Shown: positions 1-12,918 of the stretch, piece after piece
Layout of the letters: each line of letters starts with the position of its first letter
Numbering within the stretch: the first letter of the stretch is position 1
NCBI RefSeq assembly: GCF_001194135.2
Contig: NC_068993.1
Span: 47,691,169 to 47,755,168 of the forward strand
DNA: 64,000 nt
Source: Octopus bimaculoides
Lineage: Eukaryota
Direction: 5' to 3'
Made by a program: the position numbers and the translations under genes
The notes under the pieces: model-generated
What the model was told of the DNA's origin: nothing
The model's input: the letters and a program-made list of their open reading frames with translations, nothing else
Database searches by the model: none

Positions 1-48
<48 letters not shown>

Positions 49-1806
49 CACTGTGAGCATATATTATATGTGTGTGTAAATTTGTGCGTGCGTGTATACA
101 TATACATACATACTTACATACATGAATACATAGACAAATACAGACGCACACATACACACAGTAATAAAGAACAAGAGTGCTGTATACTGAGTGCATATGC
201 ACGCACATTTGAACGGATAATATTCTGTATAATATTTGTATTCAAATATCGATAACCATATGTATATGAATATCTATATACTGTGTATTTTCTATCTATC
301 AATCTATCTATTTTTGTCTCTGTATCACTCTCCATATCTATATATATATGTGTGTGCGTGTATGTTTGTGTTTTTTCGCATGTACACCCTAATGCATAAA
401 CTTATTCGAACATACGTACTCTGGTACGAGACACACGTATGCACACATACTCACATACATATAAATGTGAATATGTATANNNNNNNNNNNNNNNNNNNNN
501 NNNNNNNNNNNNNNNNNNNNNNNNNNNNNNNNNNNNNNNNNNNNNNNNNNNNNNNNNNNNNNNNNNNNNNNNNNNNNNNNNNNNNNNNNNNNNNNNNNNN
601 NNNNNNNNNNNNNNNNNNNNNNNNNNNNNNNNNNNNNNNNNNNNNNNNNNNNNNNNNNNNNNNNNNNNNNNNNNNNNNNNNNNNNNNNNNNNNNNNNNNN
701 NNNNNNNNNNNNNNNNNNNNNNNNNNNNNNNNNNNNNNNNNNNNNNNNNNNNNNNNNNNNNNNNNNNNNNNNNNNNNNNNNNNNNNNNNNNNNNNNNNNN
801 NNNNNNNNNNNNNNNNNNNNNNNNNNNNNNNNNNNNNNNNNNNNNNNNNNNNNNNNNNNNNNNNNNNNNNNNNNNNNNNNNNNNNNNNNNNNNNNNNNNN
901 NNNNNNNNNNNNNNNNNNNNNNNNNNNNNNNNNNNNNNNNNNNNNNNNNNNNNNNNNNNNNNNNNNNNNNNNNNNNNNNNNNNNNNNNNNNNNNNNNNNN
1001 NNNNNNNNNNNNNNNNNNNNNNNNNNNNNNNNNNNNNNNNNNNNNNNNNNNNNNNNNNNNNNNNNNNNNNNNNNNNNNNNNNNNNNNNNNNNNNNNNNNN
1101 NNNNNNNNNNNNNNNNNNNNNNNNNNNNNNNNNNNNNNNNNNNNNNNNNNNNNNNNNNNNNNNNNNNNNNNNNNNNNNNNNNNNNNNNNNNNNNNNNNNN
1201 NNNNNNNNNNNNNNNNNNNNNNNNNNNNNNNNNNNNNNNNNNNNNTATATATATATAATATATATCCATATATTTATGTTTACAATCAAAATCGAGCTCT
1301 CTCACACACATACACTCACACTCACACATATTAGTATATATATATATATATTACATTGTTTTTTGTTGCAAAATTAGCCTTTAACAGAATATGTTTGTGA
1401 GCCATCATTTTTGACACTTTTCGAATACTCTCAGCATTTTCCATCGAGATTATTTCTGCAATGAAAGATCTTATATGCTTACGGCCACATTATCGCATTA
1501 ATATATAATGGATTTCATTTATATTTCAAACAGCATAGCTTTGTGCCCTTGTAATTAGTTAAATATATTTTGATCAAGCAACTGCTCGTGAGCAAAGGTG
1601 TCTATTTGGTGTCTGCTTTTAATCACAACCATTCTAAGGGAGATAATAAAGGAATTCGGTAAATGATAAAGCAAAACGACGTGGTGATGCAATTCATAGT
1701 CCAGTGATATGTTTGGAAGTATGTTGTGTATGAGGAGATTTTTCTCTATAGACTATATGTGCAGTGAAAGGTCTTAGCAAGTTCCTGATAAATTATTATT
1801 TCAGTT

Positions 1807-1847
<41 letters not shown>

Positions 1848-2682
1848 TGCACACATTTTCACACACATACACTTAAACACACTAATACAATTATTGTTAT
1901 ACACATATACTCTCTGGTAGTAAGGTAATGATCTGTGTTCGTCTTTGTGTGTCACACTTTCACGTCCTCCATGCACAACACGATAATATGAATATATGAT
2001 TGTTCATTATTAATAAAACGTTCATCTTCAAAATAATCGAATATGTCATTTAATAGTCAACGCATATTTGTTTTACTAACTATAAACATTCAATGCATAT
2101 TTTGTTAGTCCACCCACCAGCAATTTTATTAAACGATGTTGATATTCTTGCAAAAGTTAACACAAGACAAGGTGATACTTCAGCTGCGTCATCGTTGATG
2201 ATGTTTCCGGTTAGGTTAGAAATTCATAGAGAGTTACAGGTTTTATACTAGTTGCAATACTAGTTCAACTACGCTTAGCTGTTACTACGATTTATATGCA
2301 AGTGCGTCCATCTATATAAACGTTATACGTATACATACGTGTGTGGACAAATACATGAACACATGCACTCACTCACACACACACACATACGCACTCACAT
2401 ACACACAGACATGCACGCAGGCATGCACACATATACACACACGTATGTGTAACTGGGTCTTTTTCTTTGCTGTTGTTGTACTCGTTGTTGCCGTATTTGT
2501 TGGTTTTCATATTGCTGTTTAGCACATAAACATCGCTTAATCTCAGTGATATTCCAGACATATAACTGCAGCAGATTTCTTTCCAACATCGTATATCTGA
2601 AGCCATGTCCATCAGAACCGCACACAACGCAAGAAATATAGACAGCATTTTAATAATTTTAACGTTATTTGGAATTGTGAAT

Positions 2683-2820
<138 letters not shown>

Positions 2821-3975
2821 CCCACGACACTTCAAGAGGATATTGAATATTGGAACGAAGGGAGTATGTTATTCTCAAACAAGAAATCGCGGTCGAGTAC
2901 TCGTACCACAGAAGGTTCTTCCGCTAAAGGCAACGGGTGTCAAGTTACTACTTTTGTTAATCACACGAATAATAATTCTTGCGCTCATTTATGCAAGGGG
3001 TATTTCGATCATGGAACGCATAGCAATGGAACAAATTGCTCAAAGAATCTTGACCGACGCATCAGCGATTCAAACTCTCCACTACCCTAGACCATCAATC
3101 AGTTTGTTATCAATCCCGAAAAAGGATGCAAAATGAATAGCTGACCAAACTGCGATTGGACCTTAGAACGCAAGAATTGGAACAGGCAGCAGAAAAGTTT
3201 TTGTCGAACGATGTCTAGAATATCATACGAGGGACGATCTCTGTTAACAGTGCGCAGCTCTACGTGTACAGTTTCTGAAAACGAAGAGGAGATAATCACT
3301 CCGAAATGCTTGCATCTTACAATGTGGGTAGGTGGAACTGAGAACTGATTCGTATGTATTTACATAATTTGTGTTCAGCGAGAAATTTACTTCATGCCAC
3401 AACACAGTGAATGGCTTTCTTACCTATCCAAATGTTTCCCAAGCATATTTGGACCAGTGTTAACTTTGCTGTGATATACTATGAACACAAAATGAAAAGG
3501 GAAATCCAAAAAATTTTTCCTCTCAAGGAAATGCAAGGCTCCTTAATGTGAACATGGATACTGGTGCAATAAAATATAGTTGTTTCGGGATGTCGAATGC
3601 GAGGAGAAAATTCCTGAGATATACTAGACTGAAAGATGTATGGGCTACGGGTAATTAGAATAAACGATGACTTAGATAAATGTTTGTAGCTAAAATTCAA
3701 ATGAGAATAATATAAAATTGATACCCATAAAATGGCCAGAGCTGCTGAACGTAGAATTCAGTAGGTGAGAAATAAATTCACATCTACGAACAATCAACCA
3801 CCATTATAAACGAATTGCTTACGATCATAATGGTGGTGATAATGATGACGATGATTATGAGGATGATGATGTGGAATAAGAAGGAGAGGAGGAGAAAGAG
3901 GCAAATGAAGATGGCAATTTTTGCGATATTATTATTGTGACGCTGGAAGAAATGCCTTGTGTCAACATTAGAAAC

Positions 3976-3993
3976 CATTATTATTATCATCAT

Positions 3994-4066
<73 letters not shown>

Positions 4067-4085
4067 GTTATTGTTATTATCATTA
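3976..4085. repeat. (ATT)n microsatellite
   Basis: Triplet run with a few substitutions. Confidence 0.95.
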
Positions 4086-4086
4086 T

Positions 4087-4228
4087 TGAGTGAGAGAGCA
4101 GTGAATGTCGTGAAAGTGAGACTGGATTCAAATATACGAAGCCGAGTATACCCAATATGATTACCCGTCTGATAAGGGTACACCAGGAACATGCATCACA
4201 ACCATATGTGCGCCACATGGTGATCTCA

Positions 4229-4230
<2 letters not shown>
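4087..4230. repeat. Fragment of an unclassified interspersed repeat
   Basis: Complex segment between two microsatellites (gagtgagagagcag...ggtgatctcata). It resembles an abundant Octopus repeat I recall; no overlapping second copy in this window. Confidence 0.3.
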
Positions 4231-4303
<73 letters not shown>

Positions 4304-4829
4304 AGCTGCTGCCACTATCATCATTCACATCATCATCATCATCATTACTATTGCTATTACAGTGATGATTTGTGGTCGTCCTGCGATAGAAACATGTGAT
4401 AGGATGCCGTTCATCCTCATGTCATGGCAGTGGCGAAGACGATTGCGGCAGTCATTGTTGCGTTGGCGGTGTCCAAGCATGGAAGGGGTGGCGATGTTAT
4501 TGTTGTTGGTCGTCTTGACGGTTATTATTTATATCCGCAACGGAGCTGTTGGAGGTGGCAATGTTAGTTAAAGTGACAGGGAACCAGAACAGATTGACCA
4601 TTGCAAAGATATAAATGAGAAGATAAGAGAAATGGATATTGCAATTAAAAATTAATAATGAAGAATTACCAGCACAGAGCCAACATGACCAACAATTCTG
4701 AAACATTTGTCATTGAAATCCGAAGCAAAATGGCGATTTCTGTTTATTATTTATTCATATATTTGTACATATTTCGTTGTTAGTTTTATAGTTAATGCTA
4801 TTATCGTTACTATTGTGGTTGTTGCTTTT

Positions 4830-4848
4830 GCTGCTGCTGCTGTTGTAA

Positions 4849-4893
<45 letters not shown>

Positions 4894-4956
4894 GTCGTCG
4901 TCGTCGTCGGCGTCATCATCATCCTAATCATCGTCATCATCACAAACATCGTCATC

Positions 4957-4988
<32 letters not shown>

Positions 4989-5074
4989 CGTCGTCGTCGT
5001 CGTCGGCGTGATCATCATCCTAATCATCGTCATCATCACAAACATCATCATCATCATCATCATCATCGTCATCG

Positions 5075-5108
<34 letters not shown>

Positions 5109-5120
5109 TATTATTATTAT

Positions 5121-5191
<71 letters not shown>

Positions 5192-5260
5192 TTATTATTA
5201 TTATTATTGTTGTTATTATTATCCTCATGAATAATGATAATAACAATAACAATAATATTA
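4830..5260. repeat. Compound triplet microsatellite (GCT/CAT/CGT/TAT/TAC/AAT)
   Basis: In-phase succession of triplet motifs with an internal duplication of about 95 bp. Confidence 0.95.
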
Positions 5261-5262
5261 AT

Positions 5263-5595
5263 AACAAGAGCACTCAGAGAGTGCAAACCTCCGCCAAGGC
5301 AACACCAACGTCCTCTCAACGATTAGCCAGAGATGATTATTAAAATGAGAATATCTGAAATAAACTCGACTGCTCTCACAAACGAGACTATTAAAAATGA
5401 ACCCGACCACTCTCAAAAATTAAGTAAAAAATACAGGAAAAATAATCCAGAATCCTTGTCCGGTATCGGATCGATGGCAAAATCTAATTAGTTCGTGCCA
5501 GTCCCAAAGGCAAACGACCCTGAAAGTTTCATCCGAATCTATCAGGCGGTTCTTGATATATCTTCTCCACGGATAAACAAACATGACAGAAAACA
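5263..5595 (-). mobile_element. Non-autonomous Helentron-type element (HINE-like), 3' end
   Basis: Minus strand ends CCTTGGCGGAGGT-TT-GCACTC-TCT-GAGTGC-TCTTGTT: subterminal-repeat motif plus a perfect 6-bp hairpin, flanked by A/T-rich sequence. Internal aagtttcatccgaatc...gatatatc segment is like DINE-1/HINE bodies. Confidence 0.6.
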
Positions 5596-5682
5596 ATAAC
5601 AACAACACCACCACCAAGAACAGCAACAATAACAACAACAGCAACAACAGCAAAAACAATAATAATAATAATAATAATGGTA

Positions 5683-5878
5683 AGGTGAGCTGGCAGAATC
5701 GTTGGCACGCCGGTCGAAATTCTTAACGGCACTTCGTGTGCCTGCACATTCTGAGTTTAAATCTGCCGAAGTTGACTTTACCTTTTATCCTTTCGGCATC
5801 AATAAATTAAGTACCAGTATAACACTGGGGCCGATGTAATCGAACAGTACCCTCCAGCTAAATTTCAGGCCTAGTCAA
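5683..5878 (+). mobile_element. tRNA-derived SINE, family A
   Basis: ggtgagctggcagaatcgtt head, gttgactttaccttttatcctttc core and taagtaccag...ctggggccgat tail; about 10 related copies in the window. Confidence 0.85.
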
Positions 5879-6083
5879 TTTAGTAGAAATAATGATAATA
5901 ATAATAATATTTTTAAAAGGATTGACGTAACTCTTCACAAAGGTAAACAGTCAAGATGAAGAGTGCGATTCGATTGTAAGAAATTTTATTAGTTGGACGA
6001 TATTCCAACAGTACGTATGTCTCTGTTAAGTTCAAAATAAGAAGTGATAACAATTCAAAATTATAGAAATTTAAACGTAAAGT

Positions 6084-6314
6084 ATGAACGAGAGCAACCA
6101 GCGTCCACACGTTGATGAAATGGCATCATCAGTTTTTAAGTTACATCTTATAACAGGCGAAAAGAAAAAAGACAGAAAATGCATTTCAAAAGTGTTGTAT
6201 GAAAGTTACCAGCATGTGGCGAAAAAACATCCTCGTTTCAAACAGATATTTCCTCAGCCGCCTATTGTAGCCTTTATACGGAATAAGAATATAAGAGAAT
6301 CATTGACCTCTTGA
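6084..6314 (+). pseudogene. Penelope-like element fragment (linker between RT and GIY-YIG)
   Basis: Translation FKQIFPQPPIVAFIRNKNIRESL matches the PLE motif F..PP.VA.RRN.NL.D.L. Confidence 0.65.
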
Positions 6315-6900
6315 CTAATTTCAGTGTCAGTTAACCTTTTATTCTTAATGATGTCTCTAAGTATTAATTTATTTCCATCTATATATCTGCGTACTTCGTT
6401 GTCTACTACGTTTTTCCATGAGGTGTATATTTGTACAATCAGGTAATTATTTGGGGTTTATTTGGGCTGCTTAGAAAGCTTTCAACACATCTCTATAATC
6501 CTCTCTAGTCCATTTTATACGTTTTGCTTTAGGTGATGTTTTTGGAAGCGTCACTACAAGGCTAGGGTTATGGTTATCCTGGTTCCGGTGACCTAGAAGA
6601 TGTTTTTTTTTTAATTTTTTTGAGTGTGAGTTTTCGACTCTAGTCTGGTACCCTGCTGGGTAACGCGGTCCTCTTATCCCGGGCGATGACAGATTCGGCA
6701 AGAGTTTTCGCTTGTCATTAAAGCATTGACAGTGGCAATAGGTGACAAGTCTGTTGGTTCAGGGTTGACTACTTGAAGTGACTCCGCTTCCTTGTTCTTC
6801 GAATGGGTATAGTTGTCATATCGTAGGCTGATACATCGAAAGTCACCTCTATTTTTTTTCGTAGCTATGTTTAAAGGCATAATTGTTTAGTGATCTTTTA
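6310..6900 (-). mobile_element. R4/Dong-clade non-LTR retrotransposon, decayed 5' end
   Basis: KRIKWTREDYRDVLKAF and, after a frameshift, YIDGNKLILRDIIKNKRLTDTEI resemble the N-terminal domain of R4-clade ORFs. Confidence 0.65.
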
Positions 6901-7518
6901 GACTGAATATCTAATGTGCTTCTTTTTTTTCTTATTCGTTTGTGTGAAGTCACTTTGTTTTTGTGTGGTTGGTGTCGCTAGTGACAGGCATTTTCCATTT
7001 ATTTTCTATGTGTGTACGCGTGTGTCGTTTAAGTATTATTTACGTTGCTTATAAATATTAACATGTGCACATAGATGCATGGACAGTTGCATGCAAAGGT
7101 AATTATTCAGTTTACGTATTAACTGTGTAAGTGGTATTTTCTGTTGCTGGTTTCGACTTTTCGCGTATGTCACATTGAGATATCGTGCATTTAAGAAAGA
7201 ACCTACACATCATATAACAAAAATCTTTCCGGTGTTTTAATTCTTATGCTCTAATAGAACTTTTCCCAGAGTTGTATTGCGAAGTTTTCCTTCCATCACA
7301 TCGATGTTATTTCATTAAGTTTGTTTTATGGAGAGAACTTCTTATTGTATGTTCATGTTGTTATTTAGCCCGTACACAAGTGTAGCCCCGACCGTGGCTA
7401 ATTCCTGGAGTGAGTTTTCGCGCTTCTCGAGATGACCTACCGACATCTCAAATCCGGCTTTACAGCGGCCAAGGAGACAGGTTTCGTCATCATCATCTTC
7501 ATTGTTATTATTATGATT

Positions 7519-7586
<68 letters not shown>

Positions 7587-7614
7587 CGTCGTTGTTGTTG
7601 TTGTTATTATTATT

Positions 7615-7790
7615 AAGGCAGCGAGCTGACAGAGTCATTAGCACTCCAGATAAAGAAAAAAAACGTAACGGTATTTCGTCTGCCTGTACGTTTTCTGAGT
7701 TTAATTGCCGCCAATATCGACCTCGCCTTTTTACAGATTTGTTAAACGAAGTACCAGGTGAGCATTTAGGTCAATTAAATCGACAAAATA
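7615..7790 (+). mobile_element. SINE family A, diverged
   Basis: gcgagctgacagagtc head and aagtaccag...ggtcaat tail, directly after an (ATT)n tract. Confidence 0.6.
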
Positions 7791-7834
7791 AATGCTCCTG
7801 AAATATACTAGTGTATGCCAAATTACGATCTAGG

Positions 7835-8060
7835 CCCATTATTATTATTATAGCTATTACTTGCCATATTAGTTAGCAAGGATGCCTTGAGGTTTGGTGA
7901 GAACAAGTCTCTTGAAATGTCGAGAAACTTCCTTACGATTCTTATAGAATACAAGATTGCACTTTTCTGCCTCTCGACAATGCAAGTCTCACTCCCTATA
8001 TCCTTCTTCCCCTTAGGTACATGTTTTCCTGTTTTGCCAAGAGCACGAATTGAAAGAGAG
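7835..8060 (-). mobile_element. R4/Dong-clade element, 3' end of the RLE domain with (TAA)n tail
   Basis: IRALGKTGKHVPKGKKDIGSETCIVERQKSAILYSIRIVRKFLDI matches the R4 C-terminus (IGALG...LQK.A.L....I.RK.L); short 3' UTR then TAA repeats. Confidence 0.8.
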
Positions 8061-8631
8061 ATTGTGTAAGTCGGAAACAAAAAAAATTTTAAATATTCGT
8101 TATGAATGGTGAACTTGGCTGAACGACCAAAGTGCTATGTATGAACATGCTGGACATTAGAATAAATTTTTCCATTTTTCACCTACAAAAAATCGTGGCT
8201 TGCGTTCGCGTATGCGCAGGTTTTTTCGCAACACCTTCTAACGCGCTGTTCTGAATGTATCGTATTTCTCGAGTCCTGACATTTCGTTTAAGCATTTATC
8301 TATGTTTTCTAATTACCCTTCAGGCTCCTATTATTACAGGGATTGGTTCTATTTTCACTCTCTATATTCTGGTTATCTTTTCGGATTGTTTGTAGTTGGA
8401 TGACTGACTCAATGTATTTGAGTGATGCGTTATCATCTTTCGGATAACTTACAGCTGGAGGAATTTTTACATCGAGGTCATTGACAATATATTCAATGTA
8501 TTTACATATAGAAATTTTTTGCATTTCCTTAACGCTAATGTTACAAACATGTTATCACAATCTTCTCTTTCAAATAACACTCTTTGCATCACCCACACAT
8601 TTTGTAATCCTTCGGGAAGAAAGTTGTTGTA

Positions 8632-8779
8632 TAGGCGAATGCATGACTGTGTGGCTAATAAATTTGCTTCACAACCACATGGTGTCTGGTTCAGTCCCAC
8701 TGCACGGTCGCTTGAGCAACTGTCTTCTACTACATTGATGGGCCGACCAAGGACTCAGGCCTTGCCTTTAGTAGAACGG

Positions 8780-8780
<1 letters not shown>
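8632..8780 (+). mobile_element. SINE family B, 5' head fragment
   Basis: ctgtgtgg...aaccacatgg...ggttcagtcccactgc, homologous to the full copy at 59918-60298. Confidence 0.7.
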
Positions 8781-8844
<64 letters not shown>

Positions 8845-8859
8845 CATCATTATTATTTA

Positions 8860-9350
8860 TAAACCATCCGCTTCAGCATTCCTGTTCAACTCCCTCGCAA
8901 ACTGCCCATACGTCATATTTCCATTTCATTTACTTTCGTCTTTTTTGTTCTTTTTTTCTTTTTTTCTTTTCTGTACTCTTGTGTTTCCACGGAATATCGG
9001 TCCTGACTTTGCCAGTTTTTGTCACCTGAACCGCTATGTGTTCCGTGGCACTCTTGATATGCCATTCCAAGCTATTTTCTTCTGAGCATTTTTAAATCTT
9101 TGCAGCTGACTAGCCCTTGCATATCCCTGTGTCTGTTTATGTTTATCTTCTATACATACACGGACACTCTATCCTCTCTAACTCTTCCTTTCTGTAGCTG
9201 CAAATATCTCCACCAGTTTGCCTTCTACCATTTTCTAGTATTCTTGGGTAATTATACAGAGTATCAGCAAATCTTTTTAGAACGTCTCTTGATGACAGTT
9301 CTAGACTTTCAAGTTTATTGACTTTCTCTTCCATCAGGAATATTACTCCA
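8860..9350 (-). mobile_element. R4/Dong-clade fragment (region after the RT), heavily decayed
   Basis: Frameshifted motifs ADTLYNYPR..NGR, RG*SVRVCIED and MTYGQFARELNRNAEADG (compare RLY.PRK.GGRGL.S and W..K.MHGQF.RE). Bounded by (ATT)n and (TTC)n. Confidence 0.55.
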
Positions 9351-9377
9351 TGCTTTTTATGACTAAATTATTATCAT

Positions 9378-9491
9378 CATTCTTCTTCTTCTTCTTCTTC
9401 TTCTTCTTCTTCTTCTTCTTCTTCTTCTTCTTCTTCTTCTTCTTCTTCTTCTTCTTCTTCTTCTTCTTCTTCTTCTTCTTCTTCTTCTTCT
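9378..9491. repeat. (TTC)n microsatellite running into a gap
   Basis: Perfect run. Confidence 0.98.
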
Positions 9492-12400
9492 NNNNNNNNN
9501 NNNNNNNNNNNNNNNNNNNNNNNNNNNNNNNNNNNNNNNNNNNNNNNNNNNNNNNNNNNNNNNNNNNNNNNNNNNNNNNNNNNNNNNNNNNNNNNNNNNN
9601 NNNNNNNNNNNNNNNNNNNNNNNNNNNNNNNNNNNNNNNNNNNNNNNNNNNNNNNNNNNNNNNNNNNNNNNNNNNNNNNNNNNNNNNNNNNNNNNNNNNN
9701 NNNNNNNNNNNNNNNNNNNNNNNNNNNNNNNNNNNNNNNNNNNNNNNNNNNNNNNNNNNNNNNNNNNNNNNNNNNNNNNNNNNNNNNNNNNNNNNNNNNN
9801 NNNNNNNNNNNNNNNNNNNNNNNNNNNNNNNNNNNNNNNNNNNNNNNNNNNNNNNNNNNNNNNNNNNNNNNNNNNNNNNNNNNNNNNNNNNNNNNNNNNN
9901 NNNNNNNNNNNNNNNNNNNNNNNNNNNNNNNNNNNNNNNNNNNNNNNNNNNNNNNNNNNNNNNNNNNNNNNNNNNNNNNNNNNNNNNNNNNNNNNNNNNN
10001 NNNNNNNNNNNNNNNNNNNNNNNNNNNNNNNNNNTGTTAAAGACAAATTCAACACTGTCACCAAGAGATCCATTAAGTGCTATTATTTAAAGCAACCACA
10101 TCATTATTTCGTATATTCGATCTTATTTTCACGTAGACATCTTAAACAACTTTCTCAATGTCTCCACAAAACGTCTCTGTCTCTTTCTCTTTCTCTCTCT
10201 CTTCTGTACTTTGTGTGTTGTTCCTTCTCTCTCAATTTGTCCCAAGCTCTTACTCTCTCTCTAAACAACCTGATGTTACCTAACAGGAGTTGCAAAGTAA
10301 AAAGACGGAAATACATCTCGGAACATGTGGTGTAATACTTACAGGCATACAAATCATAGTGCATGCATTTCCTGTACTCTCGGACGTACATACTTACAGA
10401 AACACACAAACAGACACACACATACATATTGTACAATATATATTGTATACGTATATATGTATATGTATGTATGCATGTATGTAGGTATGTATGTATGTAT
10501 GTATGTATGTGTATATATATATATGTACGTAAACACACTAAAATGTTATATATATACGTAATAGGTACGTATATATGTGTGTGTATGTGTGTGTATGTAT
10601 CTATATATATTTNNNNNNNNNNNNNNNNNNNNNNNNNNNNNNNNNNNNNNNNNNNNNNNNNNNNNNNNNNNNNNNNNNNNNNNNNNNNNNNNNNNNNNNN
10701 NNNNNNNNNNNNNNNNNNNNNNNNNNNNNNNNNNNNNNNNNNNNNNNNNNNNNNNNNNNNNNNNNNNNNNNNNNNNNNNNNNNNNNNNNNNNNNNNNNNN
10801 NNNNNNNNNNNNNNNNNNNNNNNNNNNNNNNNNNNNNNNNNNNNNNNNNNNNNNNNNNNNNNNNNNNNNNNNNNNNNNNNNNNNNNNNNNNNNNNNNNNN
10901 NNNNNNNNNNNNNNNNNNNNNNNNNNNNNNNNNNNNNNNNNNNNNNNNNNNNNNNNNNNNNNNNNNNNNNNNNNNNNNNNNNNNNNNNNNNNNNNNNNNN
11001 NNNNNNNNNNNNNNNNNNNNNNNNNNNNNNNNNNNNNNNNNNNNNNNNNNNNNNNNNNNNNNNNNNNNNNNNNNNNNNTGTGTGTGTGTGTGTGTGTTTG
11101 TGTATCCTGGGTATTTAGTAAATTATCTCGTGAAGAATGATGTCATGCTCATTGTGTCTTCCATCTTGCGCTCTGCCTTTATGCCAAATTTCAGAGATTT
11201 TCTGTTTTTGTTCTTTTCTCCACATTGTCATTCTCTAGACTTATGTAGTCTTATTTCAAAACCAGAATACTGTAGAAGTAGTTCCAATTTGTTATCTTGA
11301 CGTATTTTGTGAAATGTTGCTACATTATTGTTCCTTGGATTACATTTTGTTTCGGCATCTGTAGACTATACCACTACAATGTGTGTGTATTTTCTAATTA
11401 TTTTATTCATCTACATATAATCACTTACAAACTTTTAGATACGTACCTATTTTAGAAACAATTGCTGTTGTTGTTCTTATAGTTGCATGCCTGAAAAGTT
11501 AGAGCGTTGGACAGAATACTACTGTTAATTCCCCCTGGTTTATTCAGTTCTAAATTTAAGCTCTTGCCATTCATCTCGTCAGGTTAAATAGAATAAAGTA
11601 CCACAGTAATGGACTTAGCGACACCTCTAGAAATTGAAAGAACATGAGCTGTGAAAGGGATGTGCTGCTCACATGCAAATTTGACGTAAGATGGATGCGA
11701 TTACCAAGCAACGTCCGAATATACATGCCTGCTCTGAGTTTCCGCCTCTTGATTAAAATAGGACATATACGAGTCGGGACTTGTCTTTGTTGGTCCAGAT
11801 GACGAAGGCTTTCGTTACTTCCTTAAAGTATATCTAATAGGTAATTCACTCGCATTTAAAGGGAATTTTCTTAGTTGAAATATTAATGTAAGCGTCTCTA
11901 CTTCCCTTTAGATTTAAAACTTGTCTGTGTTTCATAGTTATGTTCTTGCAATGTCCGTATGTTTGCGTAAGACTCGGTGGCTTATGTCATATTCCTCATT
12001 GATGCCCTTTTCACAAATAAAGGAACCCATCATCATCATTATCATCTTCATCATCATCACCACAACCATCATGGCCCATCATTAACGTCGCTGTGGTCGT
12101 CTTTGCGATTGTTGGTATTATGTTGTTCTTGTTATTATGTTGTGCTTGTTCATTAATTGCAATAATGTTATAAATGTCATTAATGAATTTGTAGTTTACA
12201 ATGGAAGAAGCTGGAGACAAACTACGAGACAGAAGGAAGGGGATTACCGCTGTTGGTTCTTTTTTGTTTTGTTTTGTAAAGCAAGTGCGACGCTGTCTAT
12301 TTAGACGTTGAACAATTTCTGATCGATTTAAGAAAGCTTAGTGTCTCCTAAAAAATAGGAAGCGACAAAAACAATGTCTATTTACTTGTTATATAGTAAT

Positions 12401-12714
12401 ATATACTTTATACATTTAATATATAGGTGCATATATAAATGTGTGTGTGTGTGAGTAATATGTGAAAAAATGTGGTATTCACTCATATTTCCGGCTACGT
12501 ATATGTACGTATGTATGTAAGTATGTATGTATGTATGTATGTATGTATGTATGTATATACACACACACACGTATATACACTAATGGTACTTTATATATAC
12601 ACACATATATACACGCAAATAAATGCTTAGTATATGTATGTACGTGTATACATATGTATATACATATATATATTTATGAATATATATCTACATATATACA
12701 TATACACACATCCA

Positions 12715-12756
<42 letters not shown>

Positions 12757-12886
12757 CACACACACACACANNNNNNNNNNNNNNNNNNNNNNNNNNNNNN
12801 NNNNNNNNNNNNNNNNNNNNNNNNNNNNNNNNNNNNNNNNNNNNNNNNNNNNNNNNNNNNNNNNNNNNNNNNNNNNNNNNNNNNTA

Positions 12887-12918
<32 letters not shown>

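Noticed and set aside
2373-2650. Signal-peptide-like MLSIFLALCAVLMDMASDIRCWKEICC on the minus strand
   Set aside because: No donor site; the frame runs into CAA and CA microsatellites and has no family motif.
2980-3180. Cys-loop/chemotactile receptor likeness (HYPRP, WTLERKNWN)
   Set aside because: Motifs are in different frames, too close together, and no WxPD or Cys-loop follows.
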